This document shows, piece after piece, positions 50,186 to 63,575 of a stretch of 64,000 nt of DNA (positions are counted from its first letter, which is position 1; each line of letters starts with the position of its first letter). Origin of the DNA: Tubulanus polymorphus. Its lineage: Eukaryota; Animalia; Nemertea. Where the stretch lies: assembly GCF_964204645.1 (NCBI RefSeq), contig NC_134032.1:6374275-6438274 (forward strand), in the 5' to 3' direction. The position numbers were made by a program, and so were the translations under genes. A model generated the notes under the pieces. The model was not told where the DNA came from, did not search any database, and saw only the letters and a program-made list of their open reading frames with translations.

Positions 50186-52699
50186 CTAACAGCATCAGTC
50201 AAGGAATTAAAAGTATAGTATACCCACACTAAAAAACTAATTTTGTTGGTATTTCGGCTAGAGACCCATATATTTTGATATAAACTGATTTTTGAAAGCG
50301 AAAGCAACTGCCGGTCCAAGGCCCATATCCTCGCCAGGTGGTTTGAAATGCTCAAAATGCAATATGCAATGCCCCTGGTGAACAAATAAAGAAATTAATG
50401 AGCTTGAAACTCACCACAATTGTACATGTCAGGAGCTACAATTTTGTAAGTGATTGTGCTTACAAAATATGCATAGCTACCAATATACGTGGAAATACCA
50501 TCTTATTCAGCTATTCAATGCCCCCTAGTGTACATAAACCAGATACAGAAACCATTTGACTTGCAACTCACCACAATCATAGAACATGTCATGGGCTACA
50601 AATTTGCAATTGGTCGCGCTTACAAATATGCATAGGTAAATTGAAGAACAAAAGAGTACGGATATGCTTGACTCGGATATAAACATATGTCAGTTAATTT
50701 CTGAAGTCCTGCTCGATTTGGGAATTAGATAGTACAGAATGTGATTAAGTCAGATTTCATAAGTCGGACTTGGATAATATATCTATGTCCAATTGAGAAA
50801 TTGTTGTACATTTAAGTACGTCTAACTTGGATCAAAATCTGGCTTAACCGAATGCCTCCCTAACACATAGACAGCACAACTTTATTGGTATTGTCAGTGA
50901 AATTTAGCACACACAAGTTACTTTATATCAATTTGATTCATTTTGATCAAGTCATCGTCAAGTGATAAGCTTGGTAGTACCATGGACGCGAAGTCAAAAG
51001 TTTTAGCACAGTACGTGTACATAATTGTGTGCGGGCAGAACAGGCGGAGCGTATCATACTAATTCAATATGCTTAGAGCGGAGAACAAAATAACAGGTGT
51101 TCATCGTCCTCTTACGCCCTCCGATGCAAATGAGTTGGCTATAGTACACATGCCTTTGACATTTTGGCTGGTAGATTCATACCCGATTATCAAACGTATC
51201 ATTTGAATAGGATTTATGTCACGCTATGCGAAATCAATTTCTAATCAAATCAAATTATCTATTTACTAAAAATAATTTTGGATCAATTTCATAGAGAAAT
51301 GTTCTATTTATTCCTAAAAAATGAAAACAAAGGGTATTTATCACATTTAAGAGTTCTTTCTTTACATACGCGGAACTTCTCATAGGAAAATCAGCAACTT
51401 TTGGAATACCTGTAACTTGGCATACGCGCAAGTCAGACCAAAAATGATGATCCCAGGTGATCCGACTTACTCGTGCTTTATTATAGGTATGAAACATTTT
51501 ATGGTGTCCTGAAAACCAACCAGGCCCGGGTTGAAACGGACAAAGCTGTTCATTGAACTCTGATATAAAAACATGTATTTGCATGATATTTTCCGGTGCG
51601 ATGACTATTTGGAAAACTGTTAATTCACACTTAATTCACAGCGCTTAATTCACACTTAATGTCATGAGTTTACTTGATGTCACTATTGCCTAAGTTTAAA
51701 TGACCATTAATGCAAAAATCAATCCAAAGTTTTCTGAACTATCTAGCTCCATTCTCGTACAATAGATACTTAAAAGTCAGCGTGACTGATAGGACCATCC
51801 CTGACCACCATTTTTGAGTCACTTTTGTTAGTTTGTTAGTTTACAATATCTATCTCAATTTTCATCTGATGATATGGCCAAAAGCAGTGTGACTTATGGG
51901 ACGAAAAAATGTGACGGTGGGATGCTATCCCAGCAATATACTGAATACTACTGTGATAAAGTATTAAAGCCAAATAATAATCACTTAGAAATATCACAAT
52001 CACTGCAATAAGAGTGAAATTTATTACAATGTAATTTCTAAAATAACTAGGCCTATATAAACTCATGTAATTTCAATGATGGGTTATTCATAAAAAGTTA
52101 GAAATTTCAAACGTATATCTTTGGAACAACTGGCAATTAATACCACAATGATATTTTGACCTTCATACATAATTAATATTTGAACGATTATTTCTGGTAC
52201 TACAGCTTAAAATAAAAGTTTTATTCATTATAGAGATTGTGACTTATGGGCATTATGAACTTTCGGAGACAGCTGTTACTACACACGAGCGAGTTCTGAT
52301 AATCATCACTGCAACAATTAACTGCATTTCTGAAGCCGTAACATCTTCTAACGGTAATGATTAAAATATCATTCGTAAAATCAAAATTTTGTTGTTATCA
52401 TTTTATTTTAAAAATTTGCAAAGCAATGATACAAAATAAGTAAGGGTAGCTATAAAAATGAATAATTTACTTTTTCCAATCCAAAAATTAGCTTTTTCGC
52501 CATTTGATTGTCAATTTGTCATGGTAAAAATAACCCGTTTCTCCGTATTCCGACGATAATTACTAGGAAATAGGTGATACTTAAGTCTGTGGAACATGGT
52601 TGCCGCCACAACTGGATAGTTTTTATCCAAAACACGCTAATAACAAATGGTCTTGGGCATTTTTGGTACAACCAAATCCCGCATTACCCCGGTTATGTA

Positions 52700-53010
52700 G
52701 TGCAAAGTCTGTCACTACGATTAAAGGACAAATTTATTCAATATTGGAGGGATCAGTGTAACATTTCTAGTATTGATTCGATACTGATTCATATAAAATG
52801 TTCAAACGGAATGGGGATTTGAAAATTATCTTACTCAATTGTCAGACGATTTAAAGGATAACCCTTTGTAGATTTTGATGTTCGAACCACCGCTTACCTA
52901 TTGAAACTGGGAGGTATAACCGTGTCCCACGTGCGGACAGCCTTTGCACAAAATGTAATATGCGAGTTGTTGTGACAAATTTCACTTTATATCTGTTTGC
53001 CTGATCTTAG
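52700..53010 (+). mobile_element. Degraded 3' fragment of a non-LTR retrotransposon (LINE) ORF2
   Basis: Broken frames read LKDKFIQYW, FENYL, LCRF*CSNHRLPIETGRYNRVPRADSLCTKC..FHF, a typical LINE C-terminal Cys/His region. Confidence 0.75.
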
Positions 53011-53429
53011 CCTTTGATTTTGACCTTTTTTAGCTTATACTTTGTAGATAACCGACAATTACATAAATTTGTACCGGCAGATTTGTTTAGATCATCAGAT
53101 GTAAAACTCCAAAAGCAGAAAACAGAATTTTGTTTCTGATATTGTATTGTATTGACATTCATGTAGTATTGTTGTTTTGCTCCAAGCAAATGTACTTTTG
53201 TGAGCAATAAAAATATATTCTATATATTTGTGGATAAGGCCATAAAAGTGTGGTGCCTCATATATAACCTACTGACCACGGCATATTCTACAGTTACAGG
53301 GAGTTCAACATCAGAACCTTCATTCAATCTAGCCTCAATTTTGTCTACAATGCCATTTTTAAATGAAAATGTTGCTAATTCTTTCAAAATTTGACTGATG
53401 GACACACTTTCTATCTCTCCCCTCTGTTA

Positions 53430-53598
53430 GGGATCATTCAATAATTACGTACGCATAAAATTTGAATTTTTCAACCCCCCCTCCCCCTATGAACGCAAAA
53501 TCGGCCATATTTTCGTATACATTAAGCATTAGTATGAAGTATTAATTGCACTGGTCCCTCCCCCTCCCCTAATGTGTACGTAATAAATGAATGACCCC
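53430..53598. mobile_element. PIF/Harbinger-type MITE
   Basis: TTA-GGGATCATTCAATAATTACGTAC...GTACGTAATAAATGAATGACCCC-TTA. Confidence 0.75.
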
Positions 53599-54116
53599 TT
53601 AACTAAATGGTTATATGAACTTGCTTATTGATTTTTCAGTTGCACCATCCTATATACTAGATATCATTTGTTCCGCATTTCAACTATTGAGAGCAATAGG
53701 TAAACTAGAGGAAAAAATCAATGATTAATGTGACTTAAGGGACATTCTGACAACTTTATTTTGAGATGGCCTTGTCATATTTTGGAGAAAACAGCGTCAA
53801 AATGCAGGCCAAAATGGTAAAACAGCCTCTTTGGCTGTGTATTCTGCTAAGAGAATTTAGTGAAATTGCTTTAAAATCCTTTATAAATGAGTTGACAATA
53901 GAGGATCCAAAAGAGGATTTTGAAGTTAAGAAAGGATGCATTTCCATGAAATCCTTTGTGATTTCTGACACTTTAGACTGTTTACTTTCTAATACAAATA
54001 TCCTCCAAGAGAACCTAATAACTGTGAAAATTTACTGAAATGCACCCCTTTGCTGGAATTGACCATATCTAGCGGTTTGGAAATGAATGCCAGAAGCTTT
54101 ACAGAATAAAGGATAC

Positions 54117-54239
54117 AGTAGCTCGGTAATGTTGTGAAAAGAACTGATGTACGTATCGTTTTATGATGGACGTCTTCCCCGTACCCAGTTCACCTATGAC
54201 GAGTATCTTATACAAATGCTCACGTTTCTCCACGTTAGC
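54117..54239 (-). CDS. RAB32: Rab32/Rab38-family GTPase, P-loop exon
   Basis: ANVEKREHLYKILVIGELGTGKTSIIKRYVHQFFSQHYRAT. AG acceptor; donor GTATCCTTT. Confidence 0.93.
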
Positions 54240-56621
54240 CTGAAACGATATCAAGAAAAATATGATACCATAATAACAGGAATACAAGATTACAGATATT
54301 CGGTCAACGGTCCTTAACAATGTCATACTAGTATCATAAGAAACAATGTCATCATCTAATTAAATCCGTTTTAAAATTTGATACATCATTGTCATCATTT
54401 ATGTACGCTAGGGCCCAGTTGGCCTCAGACCAAAAGTTGTCATAAATCTTAAGGCTTAGGAGTTAAGACTGGTCTTAGGATGTTAGATTGGCATTAGAAC
54501 TAAAATGATTTGAGATTGGTCTTAAGTTGTTAGATTGATTACCGCGCCATAATGAGCTCAGAATGATCTAAAATTATCAGATTGGTTATAGAACCTTAAA
54601 TGATCTTAGATTGATCTTAAAGAGCAAATGCTATCAAAACAGTGTGTAAAAGTCAAAAGTTCCAAATACGATGTATTCACAAATATCAAATATGCCAATG
54701 ATAAAAGGTTTTATAGACCTACCCTCTTAATGAATAGCCAAAAATGTAACAAAACATAAGAATATATTATTCTATGCTGGTGTCCTCAATGCCACCAACA
54801 GTTCAAGGATCTCGAACCAAAGACTTTTTCTTAACCGGATTATGTTTATCTCTGTTGGAAAAATACAATTTTAGACGCCCCGCCCCCGCAAGATATTGTT
54901 TTGATAAACAATCATTACCTAGGCATTAAGTTCGTTCTGCATTTTCGTCAAAACTTGAATCATACGGGACCAATGATTTTGTTCAGGTTAGCCGATAGTT
55001 CGAGTAATGGGAAATGGAATTGAATTCATATTACTTTGCAGCATTCAAGTTAACGCATTTGCGCTCAAGAATTTCACTCATAGAATCTATATTATGGATC
55101 AGGCAAGAGCCCCAAGGGGCACAACGGCCAGCCTGTCAGCTGTTCATCAAATGCAAATGATTCATCCTGTGGGTTATATTTGTCAAAATACACTCCCAGC
55201 TCTGGGTCAATACCTATAATTTACACACAATCGTGTTTTCATAAGTACCGGTACACAGATAGGGAGCTGGCAGGAACGAATGCCTCAAATCAATCTATTT
55301 CCTCGGTCTGATTGATTTGAATTGAATTTGATTTTCAGAAATTTGTTTAATAATTGAAAATTGAATTGGATTTGATATCTTTTTGCAGAATAAAATTTGA
55401 TTGAATTTTCAGTTTGTGCACATGGCTAATTAGCATATCAAGGTCATTCATGCGACCTTAGAAGAAGCTATTTTTCCCGGACTTGGCATAGGCTCCAATG
55501 AAATTTCTTGTAGTGCAAATACAAAACATTCCTCCCAAAAACCACATCAACTAAAAACATTCACAGTAATCGATCTTGAAATACAATTTTAAATCTTAAA
55601 ATAAAACCCAGAAGTAAAACAGTGGACGTTACAGCGGGCTCACGTGAACACCTGCTGCGGCTAAGCCAATCATAGTGGAGTCTTTGCTTTTTAATACGGA
55701 TACTTTTGCATTCAGATTTTCGCGAAAAAAATTCTCATAAATTTTAACCATGCCCGTTTTCAAAATTCAGCTCATTACGATTTGGAGAATGGATAATGCT
55801 TTGATAAATGATTTGTGTTAATAAATGCTCAGTTGCACAGTCAAAGGGCACTGGAAACTATGTCATTTAAATTCGCTCCATTTATATGGTAATGGGCCAA
55901 GATTGTCTAGGGGGGAAGGGTCTTGACTGTAGATTGTCTGCGACAGCACAATGTCTGAGGCGTTCAGGACACAGACAGCAGATTGCTGCTATATGATTAA
56001 TCGTATAAACCAATGTCTTTGCTAAGATGTGCCTAAACGCGTTGAAACTCAAGACAACGAGCTCGATTCATTTCGGTCAAAACCTGCATGATATATAGAG
56101 GACAGCGTCTAAAGAATTCCCCGATGAAAAGATTCTTTTTACAAAGGATTTATATAACCCTCTCTGATCAATTCTAACAATTTAATATTACATAAATGAT
56201 TCCCTTTCTACGAACCCGACTGACTTAAATAAACTTCTTGTCAATTATGACCTTGAAAATTACGAAGAAAGTTTTTGTTTGTTTATAATTCAGACCTTCT
56301 AAAAAAATAAAAATAACATCAATTTTCGATGTGACTACAACCCCATATTCAAGGCCATCTTTATTGCCTTATTTCAAATATAATGAAACATAATTCATGG
56401 TAGTTATGATGATCATCTTATTGACAACATAGCCAAATGACTTGCGTTTATTAAATTGAGTTGGAAATATAAATCGGGACTAAAAAATAATAGAGACAAC
56501 TTCAGGTATGTGATGACTTATCCAAACGGCAAGCAGTGCTTAATTAATTAATTAGAAATACAAATAGAAACCCAAAAATGGAGCAAATCAATTGAGTGAT
56601 TGCAGCTCTTGCGCTTATAGT

Positions 56622-57051
56622 CGGTCATCCTTATTACCGAGATGACGTATTTTACCGAGATGAAATGAAATATAACATATTTATTTATTCCTTATCGATC
56701 TTAACACTTGAAATCATATTGTATCAGTAATAAATGCCTGCTGGAGTCATATTTTATATATTTTGTCGGATATTTTTGAAGAAAAATAACTTTTAACTAT
56801 ACCAAGATGAGATCGTCGATCAATCAAATTCAATGAAATTTTATTGCTAACCGAGATTACGTATTTGAAGTCAAATTTATTTTACAAAATATCTGGAAAA
56901 ATATGACTCTAGAAGGTATTTATTACTGATATAATATGATTTTAAATGTTAAAATCAATAAGGAATAAATAAATATGTTATATTTCATTTCATCTCAGTT
57001 GATCTCGGTTCATCTCGGTAAATTACGTCATCTCGGTAAGAAGGATGACCC
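56622..57051. mobile_element. Foldback MITE with 8-bp TSD CTTATAGT
   Basis: Inverted along nearly its whole length (GGTCATCCTT..ACCGAGATG). Exact TSD at 56614-56621 and 57052-57059. Confidence 0.85.
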
Positions 57052-57422
57052 CTTATAGTACTGGTACCTATCAGATATTGAAACAATTCTTAGGTTAATT
57101 GTTTTCACAATTGAAATCCCAATTTAATCCCAATTTTTCGCTAATAGTTTCTTCATCAGGCAAAAGAATCGACAGTAGTACTCTGAAGGTTAACTGATTA
57201 TATCTATAGCACAAGCTTCCCCTACTAGAGTATAGTAGCTTAATCAGGTAAATTAGTAAACAGGTAGTAGTGTTTAGATTAACAGATTTTATAAGAAATC
57301 ACGAATTTCACAGAAGCTCATGATTTCTATCATTCAACCACAACACAGTACTATTACCTAATCTTCAATTGTTAGAACCAGGTTAGCTTGCTAAAACACA
57401 AATCATTCAAACGATGACTTAC

Positions 57423-57446
57423 GGTTTCCTCATAGGAGTCATCCAT
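57423..57446 (-). CDS. RAB32: Candidate first coding exon of Rab32/38 (MDDSYEET)
   Basis: ATG plus 7 codons, then a consensus GTAAGT donor in phase 0, compatible with the 54239 acceptor. Not confirmable without transcripts. Confidence 0.45.
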
Positions 57447-57734
57447 AATCTAAGCGTGAAATACAGACCAGAGATAGACAACGCACAACTTACACAGTCA
57501 AAGACAAGGTTGTAAATGAACAACTTACACAAAAAGCATACTATAGCCACGAACAGGTCTATACAGCAAAATATAGCAAATATAGTATATGACAATGCTT
57601 TGTTTGTAATAGTAGAACAGCCCTTACACATGACACAGCCCTTACACAGACATGGGGAATAGATAGTAGAATTAATACTAACCTACTATATAAACTACTA
57701 CTGTTTTCTGGATTTATAGATTTTAGGGAGGCTG

Positions 57735-58020
57735 AGAATTTTATCCTGAGTTGGTGTCGAATACTGAGTACGAGTTTGTGAAATACAGTAGACTTTGTCT
57801 CTTACTGCTGTAAAGTTGATTCCGGTACAATTCTACCCCAAGTTGGCGTCAATTATTGAATGAAAGTTTTTGAACTGCAGACTCTGTCCCTTACTGTGGT
57901 TAAAGTGAAACCAGGAAAATTCTACCCCGAGTTGGTATCAAATACCAAGTAAGAGTTTGTAAAATATATAAGTTTCTGTCTCATTAAGTAAAAAAACAGG
58001 TAAAATTCTACCCTGAGTAA
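57735..58020. repeat. Degenerate ~90-bp tandem repeat, about 3 copies
   Basis: Recurring AATTCTACCC.GAGTTGG..AATAC..AGT..GAGTTTGT. Confidence 0.7.
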
Positions 58021-60601
58021 AAAAAAAATACTGATTAGTAGCTCTTTAATTTGGTTTTTAAACTTCCAAACCACCCAAGGCACCAACAATTTCAGCAAAT
58101 TTCACTAATTAAACAACAGGCAAGCCATTCGCGACTAAATTGATTGAAAAAGACTTTGTTTGATAAATTCAATTTTAAAATGCTAGCCAAGAGGTGCATT
58201 TTTTATTATGCAAACTGTCCAAATAATTCAACAACTTGCCACACCATTGAACACCATAGCAGCTTTTAACAGGAAGGATTTGTATTTGTCAACCTTTTAA
58301 ATCAACAAGAAGTGGGAAGCCATTCGTACAAGTACCGTCTGAAAACCCCAATACATACATAGTTATCACTTACACAGACAACAAACCCTTTATGAAAGTA
58401 GGGTCAATACAACATTTAAGTACGTTTAAATAAAATTCTACTATTCTCAACTATTTGACATCAACAACATTATTCAATACCGGTAATGAAATAGATTAAT
58501 AAGTAGTAATCCAGTATGCCAGCCACCACCAAAACAACACAAAGCTCGACATTTGTACCCACATGAGATAAATAAGTTTTTAATGAAAAAGTTTTGATTG
58601 AGTATATCTATTCAAATACGTAATTTAGGATTTAAGTCAGGGATTCAAACATATAATCAAATCATCCATCAATCAAAGGAATAATTGGGACAGCCATCTT
58701 ATTTGAATATCGAAACCACGTCAAAATAAATGGTATCGAGATCTTTAAAGGACTCACACACGATGCATGCAAGCTATTCAAGCCAGCGAAAATACAGCAG
58801 TACAGAGAACATTGAAACATACAGTTCTAGGAAATTATGAATCGCGGGTCCTGGAAAAGTTAACCAATTTGAAGAGTATTTTCTAAGTGCTTGTTAACGC
58901 GAATTCATTCAAAATTTTTCATGGAATAACCTTCGGGTATTGTTAAACAGTCGCCAAAATATCTAAGAAATTTCGTCGCAAATGAGGCAAAAACACACAC
59001 CAGATGGCATAACAATACACTCCTAGTGACAATTAGTTCATTTCCAATGAGCTTAGAACTGGATTTCTAGGCTCCCAAAAGGAAATGTCGCCAATCAAGT
59101 CATAGAATATATATAAGATTGCCATTCCCAATGAGTGTGTGGTACAGTTTTACTGGAAATTGAATTATCAATGAGAAAAGTTGATTCGAATTTAACCGAA
59201 ATGTAGAAGAAATTGAACCACGGCAACCGAGTAGCCACTAGCAAAACTAGCGTAGCCTCGCCTGCCATATGTGGAATCCTCAATTGTCACAGTATCGGTG
59301 CCGGTGACCCATTAAGCGAATATTCACAAATTTATAACATCACGTCGAAAAATGCAATGTGTGTCCTTTCATGAGTGATATGACTTGCATATTTTAACAC
59401 AATTTGTGACTGATCTTTTAGAAATTTCGTAGACTTGTCCTGGACACCTTGAAGTTATTTTGTGAAAATTTTCGATAAATTCAGTTCGTCTATCGATGAG
59501 AAAATACCCGACGAAAAGCGCACATCACCTTTTTGGGACACCTGGCTATTATCTACAAGCAGAAAGCGGATTTAGATTTCTACCCAAGACTAAACTAAAC
59601 ACACGTATTATATGAGAAAGATGAGAAAAAATGACAAAGAAAAAAGAAATAGATATCTAGAATATGACAAACATTTAAGTTACAACATAACCAACACCGC
59701 GATTAAGATAAAAAAATGGATCAAATAAGGCATCATCCATCCCGAATCCCGAAAAGAGGAAAAATGAACTGACTTACAACCCGTAGCAACGTAACAACAC
59801 AACAATTAAAATGGTTGACCTCAAGAAACCAGAAACAGTAATCGAACGCTTACCAAAACGAAAAATCTCAAAAGCAATCACCATTTTTAAATTCCACCGT
59901 TAATAACTACTGTACATATATCACTGCACTCTCGGTCCATCACGTTACGATCAACATAACTCATCAGTCCTCGGTCAATTTCATGAAATTCTCATTCTAT
60001 CAATCGAATACTATCTCTATGATGGCCTTCAATAAAAAAATGGTCGAACTAGCTTTAAAGTCGCCACAATACTGTTGTCATCTCTATGATCGAGTCCCAA
60101 TTTGCTTACACAATTTTAATTTAATCATCAGTCATCACTGACAGTCAATAGGCCTATAGCATCTCACGAAGAAGGTCTTCGATATATCTTAAGTCATGTC
60201 TGCGCAATTCTGAATTCTATAACACATAACTGAAGTCATCTCTATTTTTGAGTCCCAGCACCCAATTTGTTTTCCACAATTCAACAAATGAAATTTGTCT
60301 TAGATAAGTCATCATATTACTGAACTGAAGTCATCCCTATATACATACGTATGTATCATCAATTAAATTTACTAAGTGTAGTTAGTCATCATTTGGATAA
60401 GTTGTCGACATTAACGATCATCCCATCTGACTTAACCAGAGATTTACTGTCATTGTCTCGTTCTAATTGGACACCATCCGAAATGCAGAAGTTTTCTCAA
60501 TTTTCCGACCTGGATATGCGGGATCGGCAAAAGTTATATACATCTATTAGGAAAATTTGAAAAGCTATATTTTACAAATATATGACACACATTAATCATA
60601 G

Positions 60602-63154
60602 TCAAATTCGAGGAATCTTTGATGTCGGTTCCGTTGTAGCAGTTCCTGCTGGGGACGTCGGCCGTTTTAAACCGGAGTGCTCGGCTGCGGTCGAGTTTAA
60701 GTCATCACCTATAGATGGCACAGTCACGGATTTTGGCGACTCGGTGGCTGATAGCACTGGCTGAGTAGTGACAACAGGTGGCACCACCTGCTGCAACTGC
60801 TTATGATGTTGCTGCTGCTGCTGCATCGGCTGTTGAAGCCGAAATGGAGGCCCGCTGAACGCGCTACGAATGATCGGTGTGATTGGCCCTCGAAATCCGG
60901 GCACCATATGCTGCTGTACAAGTCCAGGCAGGACTGGCGGCGCACCGGGCATAAAAACGGGCAAAGCTCCGGGCCGTAGAGCTCGTCCCATGAACGGTAA
61001 AGCCGCCGGATTATGCTGAAATTGTCCGAACGGTGGTCGCAATAAGCGTAACGCCAGTGATGTGGCGTTCGCCCGCACAGCAGCGAGGATCTCGTTCGGT
61101 CGCATTGCGGCCGAACCTTGAAACCGATTGATGATGTGCTGAGCTCCGGCGGAAGCCTGTAGCACCGGGCCCACACTCCTCTGAGGATTGGACATTGATG
61201 CTGAAGTTATCGCCGCCTGCTGGTTTACATTTGCAGGGTTATTTACGTTCCCCGCTTGACCAGCTGGTGGTACGTTCCGAAGTCGACTAGCAGGTGATAA
61301 GTTCCCAGGCTGAGCAGCAGGCAATACGTTGCCGGGTTGAACACCAAGCGGTACGTTCACAAGTTGACCAGCAGGCATTACATTCCCAGGTTGACCAGCA
61401 GGTGGTATGTTCCCAAGTCGACTAGAAGTCAGAACATTCCCAAATTGACTAGCAGGCATTACGTTCCCTAGTCGACCAGCCGGCGGTAAGCCGATACGAA
61501 GGGGCTGACCAGTCAAACCTCCCACTCCGAGTGGCAGTAAACTGCTAAGCGCAACTGGATGACGAAACGGAGCACCAATCGACGTAGGTTGCAGCGGCAA
61601 ACCAGGCAACAACCCTGTAGCAGCGCCGGCGGGATAACCGAATACAGCCCCACCCTTACGGCCATCGGGAACGGGTTCTGTGTTTATCTGACTGACTGAT
61701 GGCGTCTCGATGGAGCGGTTTTGAACGACTGGTATCGCCATACCTTGCGACATACCCGCCATGATCTGTGTCTGGTAATTCGACAAGCGACTTCCGCTGT
61801 CATCGATCTTACCTCCAATTGGTGACGTTGTTTCGGAATCATGATTGTCGCTAGTTCCATGTTGTAACAATGCTCGCCCCGTGAATCGATGTACGTCGTG
61901 TTCTCGCGGGATTCCCACTTCGCCTGCTGGAGGGACGTTAGAGCGCGCGCCATCCAGGTGCAGCTCGATCGGACGATCGATCTCTGATTTCGGCAAGCGA
62001 ATCTCGACTGGACGTCCGAGTTCTGCACTGCGCAGACGGATAACGACTGGGTTGTCGTCAGGACTTGAGCGACGTGAGTCTTCCCCATCCCCGGGGTCAC
62101 GTCGCCAAATATCGCAGTTATCAAACGAAGCTGAACATCCATCGTTCTTCAAATGTTGATGGTCACGATCGTTCGAGGTTAAGGTCAAATGATCCTTGCG
62201 TTGATCGTAATTCGCTGACCCTTGTTTTTCACAACTTGCTGATCGCGACTTTTCGTTATTAGGTGATCGCAACATTTCCGTACTTCTATCGTAATTTGTT
62301 GATTGTGGCATTTTGTTACTAACTGATCGCGACATTTCCATACCTGTATCGTAAGTTGTGTCATGAGCTGGTTGTGACATTTCCAATTTTCTATCGTAAT
62401 TTGACGATCGCATCATTTCCACACCTCTATCATAACCTGTAGATCGCAACTCGACCCCTCTATTGTAACTTGCTGGTTGAGACATTTCATAACTCGTTGA
62501 TTGCAATATTTTGTTATTTGCGGATCGCGACATTTCGGGACTTTTAAGGTAACTTGCTGAATGCGACATTTTTGTGCCTTTATCATAACTAGCTGATCTC
62601 TGCGTTTCATAATTTCCAGAAAGCAGCATCTCGTAATTCGCTGGTCGCGACATTTCAGGGCCCATATCGTAACTTGTCGAACCTTGCTTTCCAGTTCCTT
62701 TATCATAACTTGCCGAAAGCGACATTTCATAATTTCCAAAATGCGACATCTCGTAATTTGCTGACCTTGAAGGCTCAGAAGTTGCTGATTGCGACATTGT
62801 TTCAGTAAATCTAACACGATCCAACGGCGACCTACTGCGTCCGCCTCCCAACCATGAACCGTCATACGACGACAACATTTCGATGGAACGTCCGCGTAAT
62901 GGCTCACTGTGACGAGTCACTGACGAAAATTCAGGATTTCGATGATCGACGATAAAACGATTACCGGTATTTCGCGACGGGTATTCCCCGTCTCTGGCAT
63001 GGCCTGACGATCCATCATTACAGGCGCGTAGCAGCATTTCTTGGTGTCGCGCATCAAAATTTGATCGTTGATTATTGGGAGCGTTTGTGAGAATATTTGA
63101 ACCACCGAATGGATGAGCACGATAGCGCCCATCGGCTGGTCTTCTATAAGCCAT
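60602..63154 (-). CDS. 850-aa uninterrupted ORF; low-complexity repeat protein of unknown function
   Basis: Long stop-free ORF, more GC-rich than its flanks. EMSRSANYD-type repeats, PAGQPGNV-type repeats and a Pro/Gln-rich C-terminus. No domain recognised. Confidence 0.75.
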   Translation of the reverse strand: MAYRRPADGRYRAHPFGGSNILTNAPNNQRSNFDARHQEMLLRACNDGSSGHARDGEYPSRNTGNRFIVDHRNPEFSSVTRHSEPLRGRSIEMLSSYDGSWLGGGRSRSPLDRVRFTETMSQSATSEPSRSANYEMSHFGNYEMSLSASYDKGTGKQGSTSYDMGPEMSRPANYEMLLSGNYETQRSASYDKGTKMSHSASYLKSPEMSRSANNKILQSTSYEMSQPASYNRGVELRSTGYDRGVEMMRSSNYDRKLEMSQPAHDTTYDTGMEMSRSVSNKMPQSTNYDRSTEMLRSPNNEKSRSASCEKQGSANYDQRKDHLTLTSNDRDHQHLKNDGCSASFDNCDIWRRDPGDGEDSRRSSPDDNPVVIRLRSAELGRPVEIRLPKSEIDRPIELHLDGARSNVPPAGEVGIPREHDVHRFTGRALLQHGTSDNHDSETTSPIGGKIDDSGSRLSNYQTQIMAGMSQGMAIPVVQNRSIETPSVSQINTEPVPDGRKGGAVFGYPAGAATGLLPGLPLQPTSIGAPFRHPVALSSLLPLGVGGLTGQPLRIGLPPAGRLGNVMPASQFGNVLTSSRLGNIPPAGQPGNVMPAGQLVNVPLGVQPGNVLPAAQPGNLSPASRLRNVPPAGQAGNVNNPANVNQQAAITSASMSNPQRSVGPVLQASAGAQHIINRFQGSAAMRPNEILAAVRANATSLALRLLRPPFGQFQHNPAALPFMGRALRPGALPVFMPGAPPVLPGLVQQHMVPGFRGPITPIIRSAFSGPPFRLQQPMQQQQQHHKQLQQVVPPVVTTQPVLSATESPKSVTVPSIGDDLNSTAAEHSGLKRPTSPAGTATTEPTSKIPRI

Positions 63155-63334
63155 ATTTACTTAATGAAATGCAGACAAAATATGTCAAAAATACAAAACC
63201 TATGGAATTTTGAAAACTTCTTGCCAATCTATTTCTATTAGTAGGTTTCCTATGGTTTTTGAATTATGTTGTAAATTCTAAAATTTCAGTAAGTTAAACC
63301 AGTAACTGCGTAATACAAAAGCAAAAAATCATAA

Positions 63335-63575
63335 TTCAGTAGGTCATTTAATCAGTTAGTAAGTTAGGCAGTTAGCTAGGCAGGCAGTCAGTCATTCAGT
63401 AAAGGCTATCAGTCAGGTAGGCAGACAAGCAGTCAATCAATCAGGTAGTCAGTCATTCAGCCAGGCAGTGAATGAGTCAGGCAGTAAATTTGGCAGTCGG
63501 TCAGTCAGATAGCTATCAGTCAGTCAGTCACTGAAAACTGTCAGAGAATCAAGTCACTCAGTCAATCAGTAAGTC
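63335..63575. repeat. Degenerate tetranucleotide (CAGT/CAGG) microsatellite
   Basis: Visible 4-bp periodicity. Confidence 0.7.

Larger units (their letters stand above)
50186..54116 (-). other. U12-type (minor spliceosome) GT-AG intron in Rab32/38
   Basis: 5' site GTATCCTTT. Branch site TTCCTTGAC (50206-50198) close to the AG, with no polypyrimidine tract. Confidence 0.9.

Noticed and set aside
60724-63132. Alternative-frame ORFs overlapping the 850-aa ORF
   Set aside because: By-products of repetitive, relatively GC-rich coding sequence.
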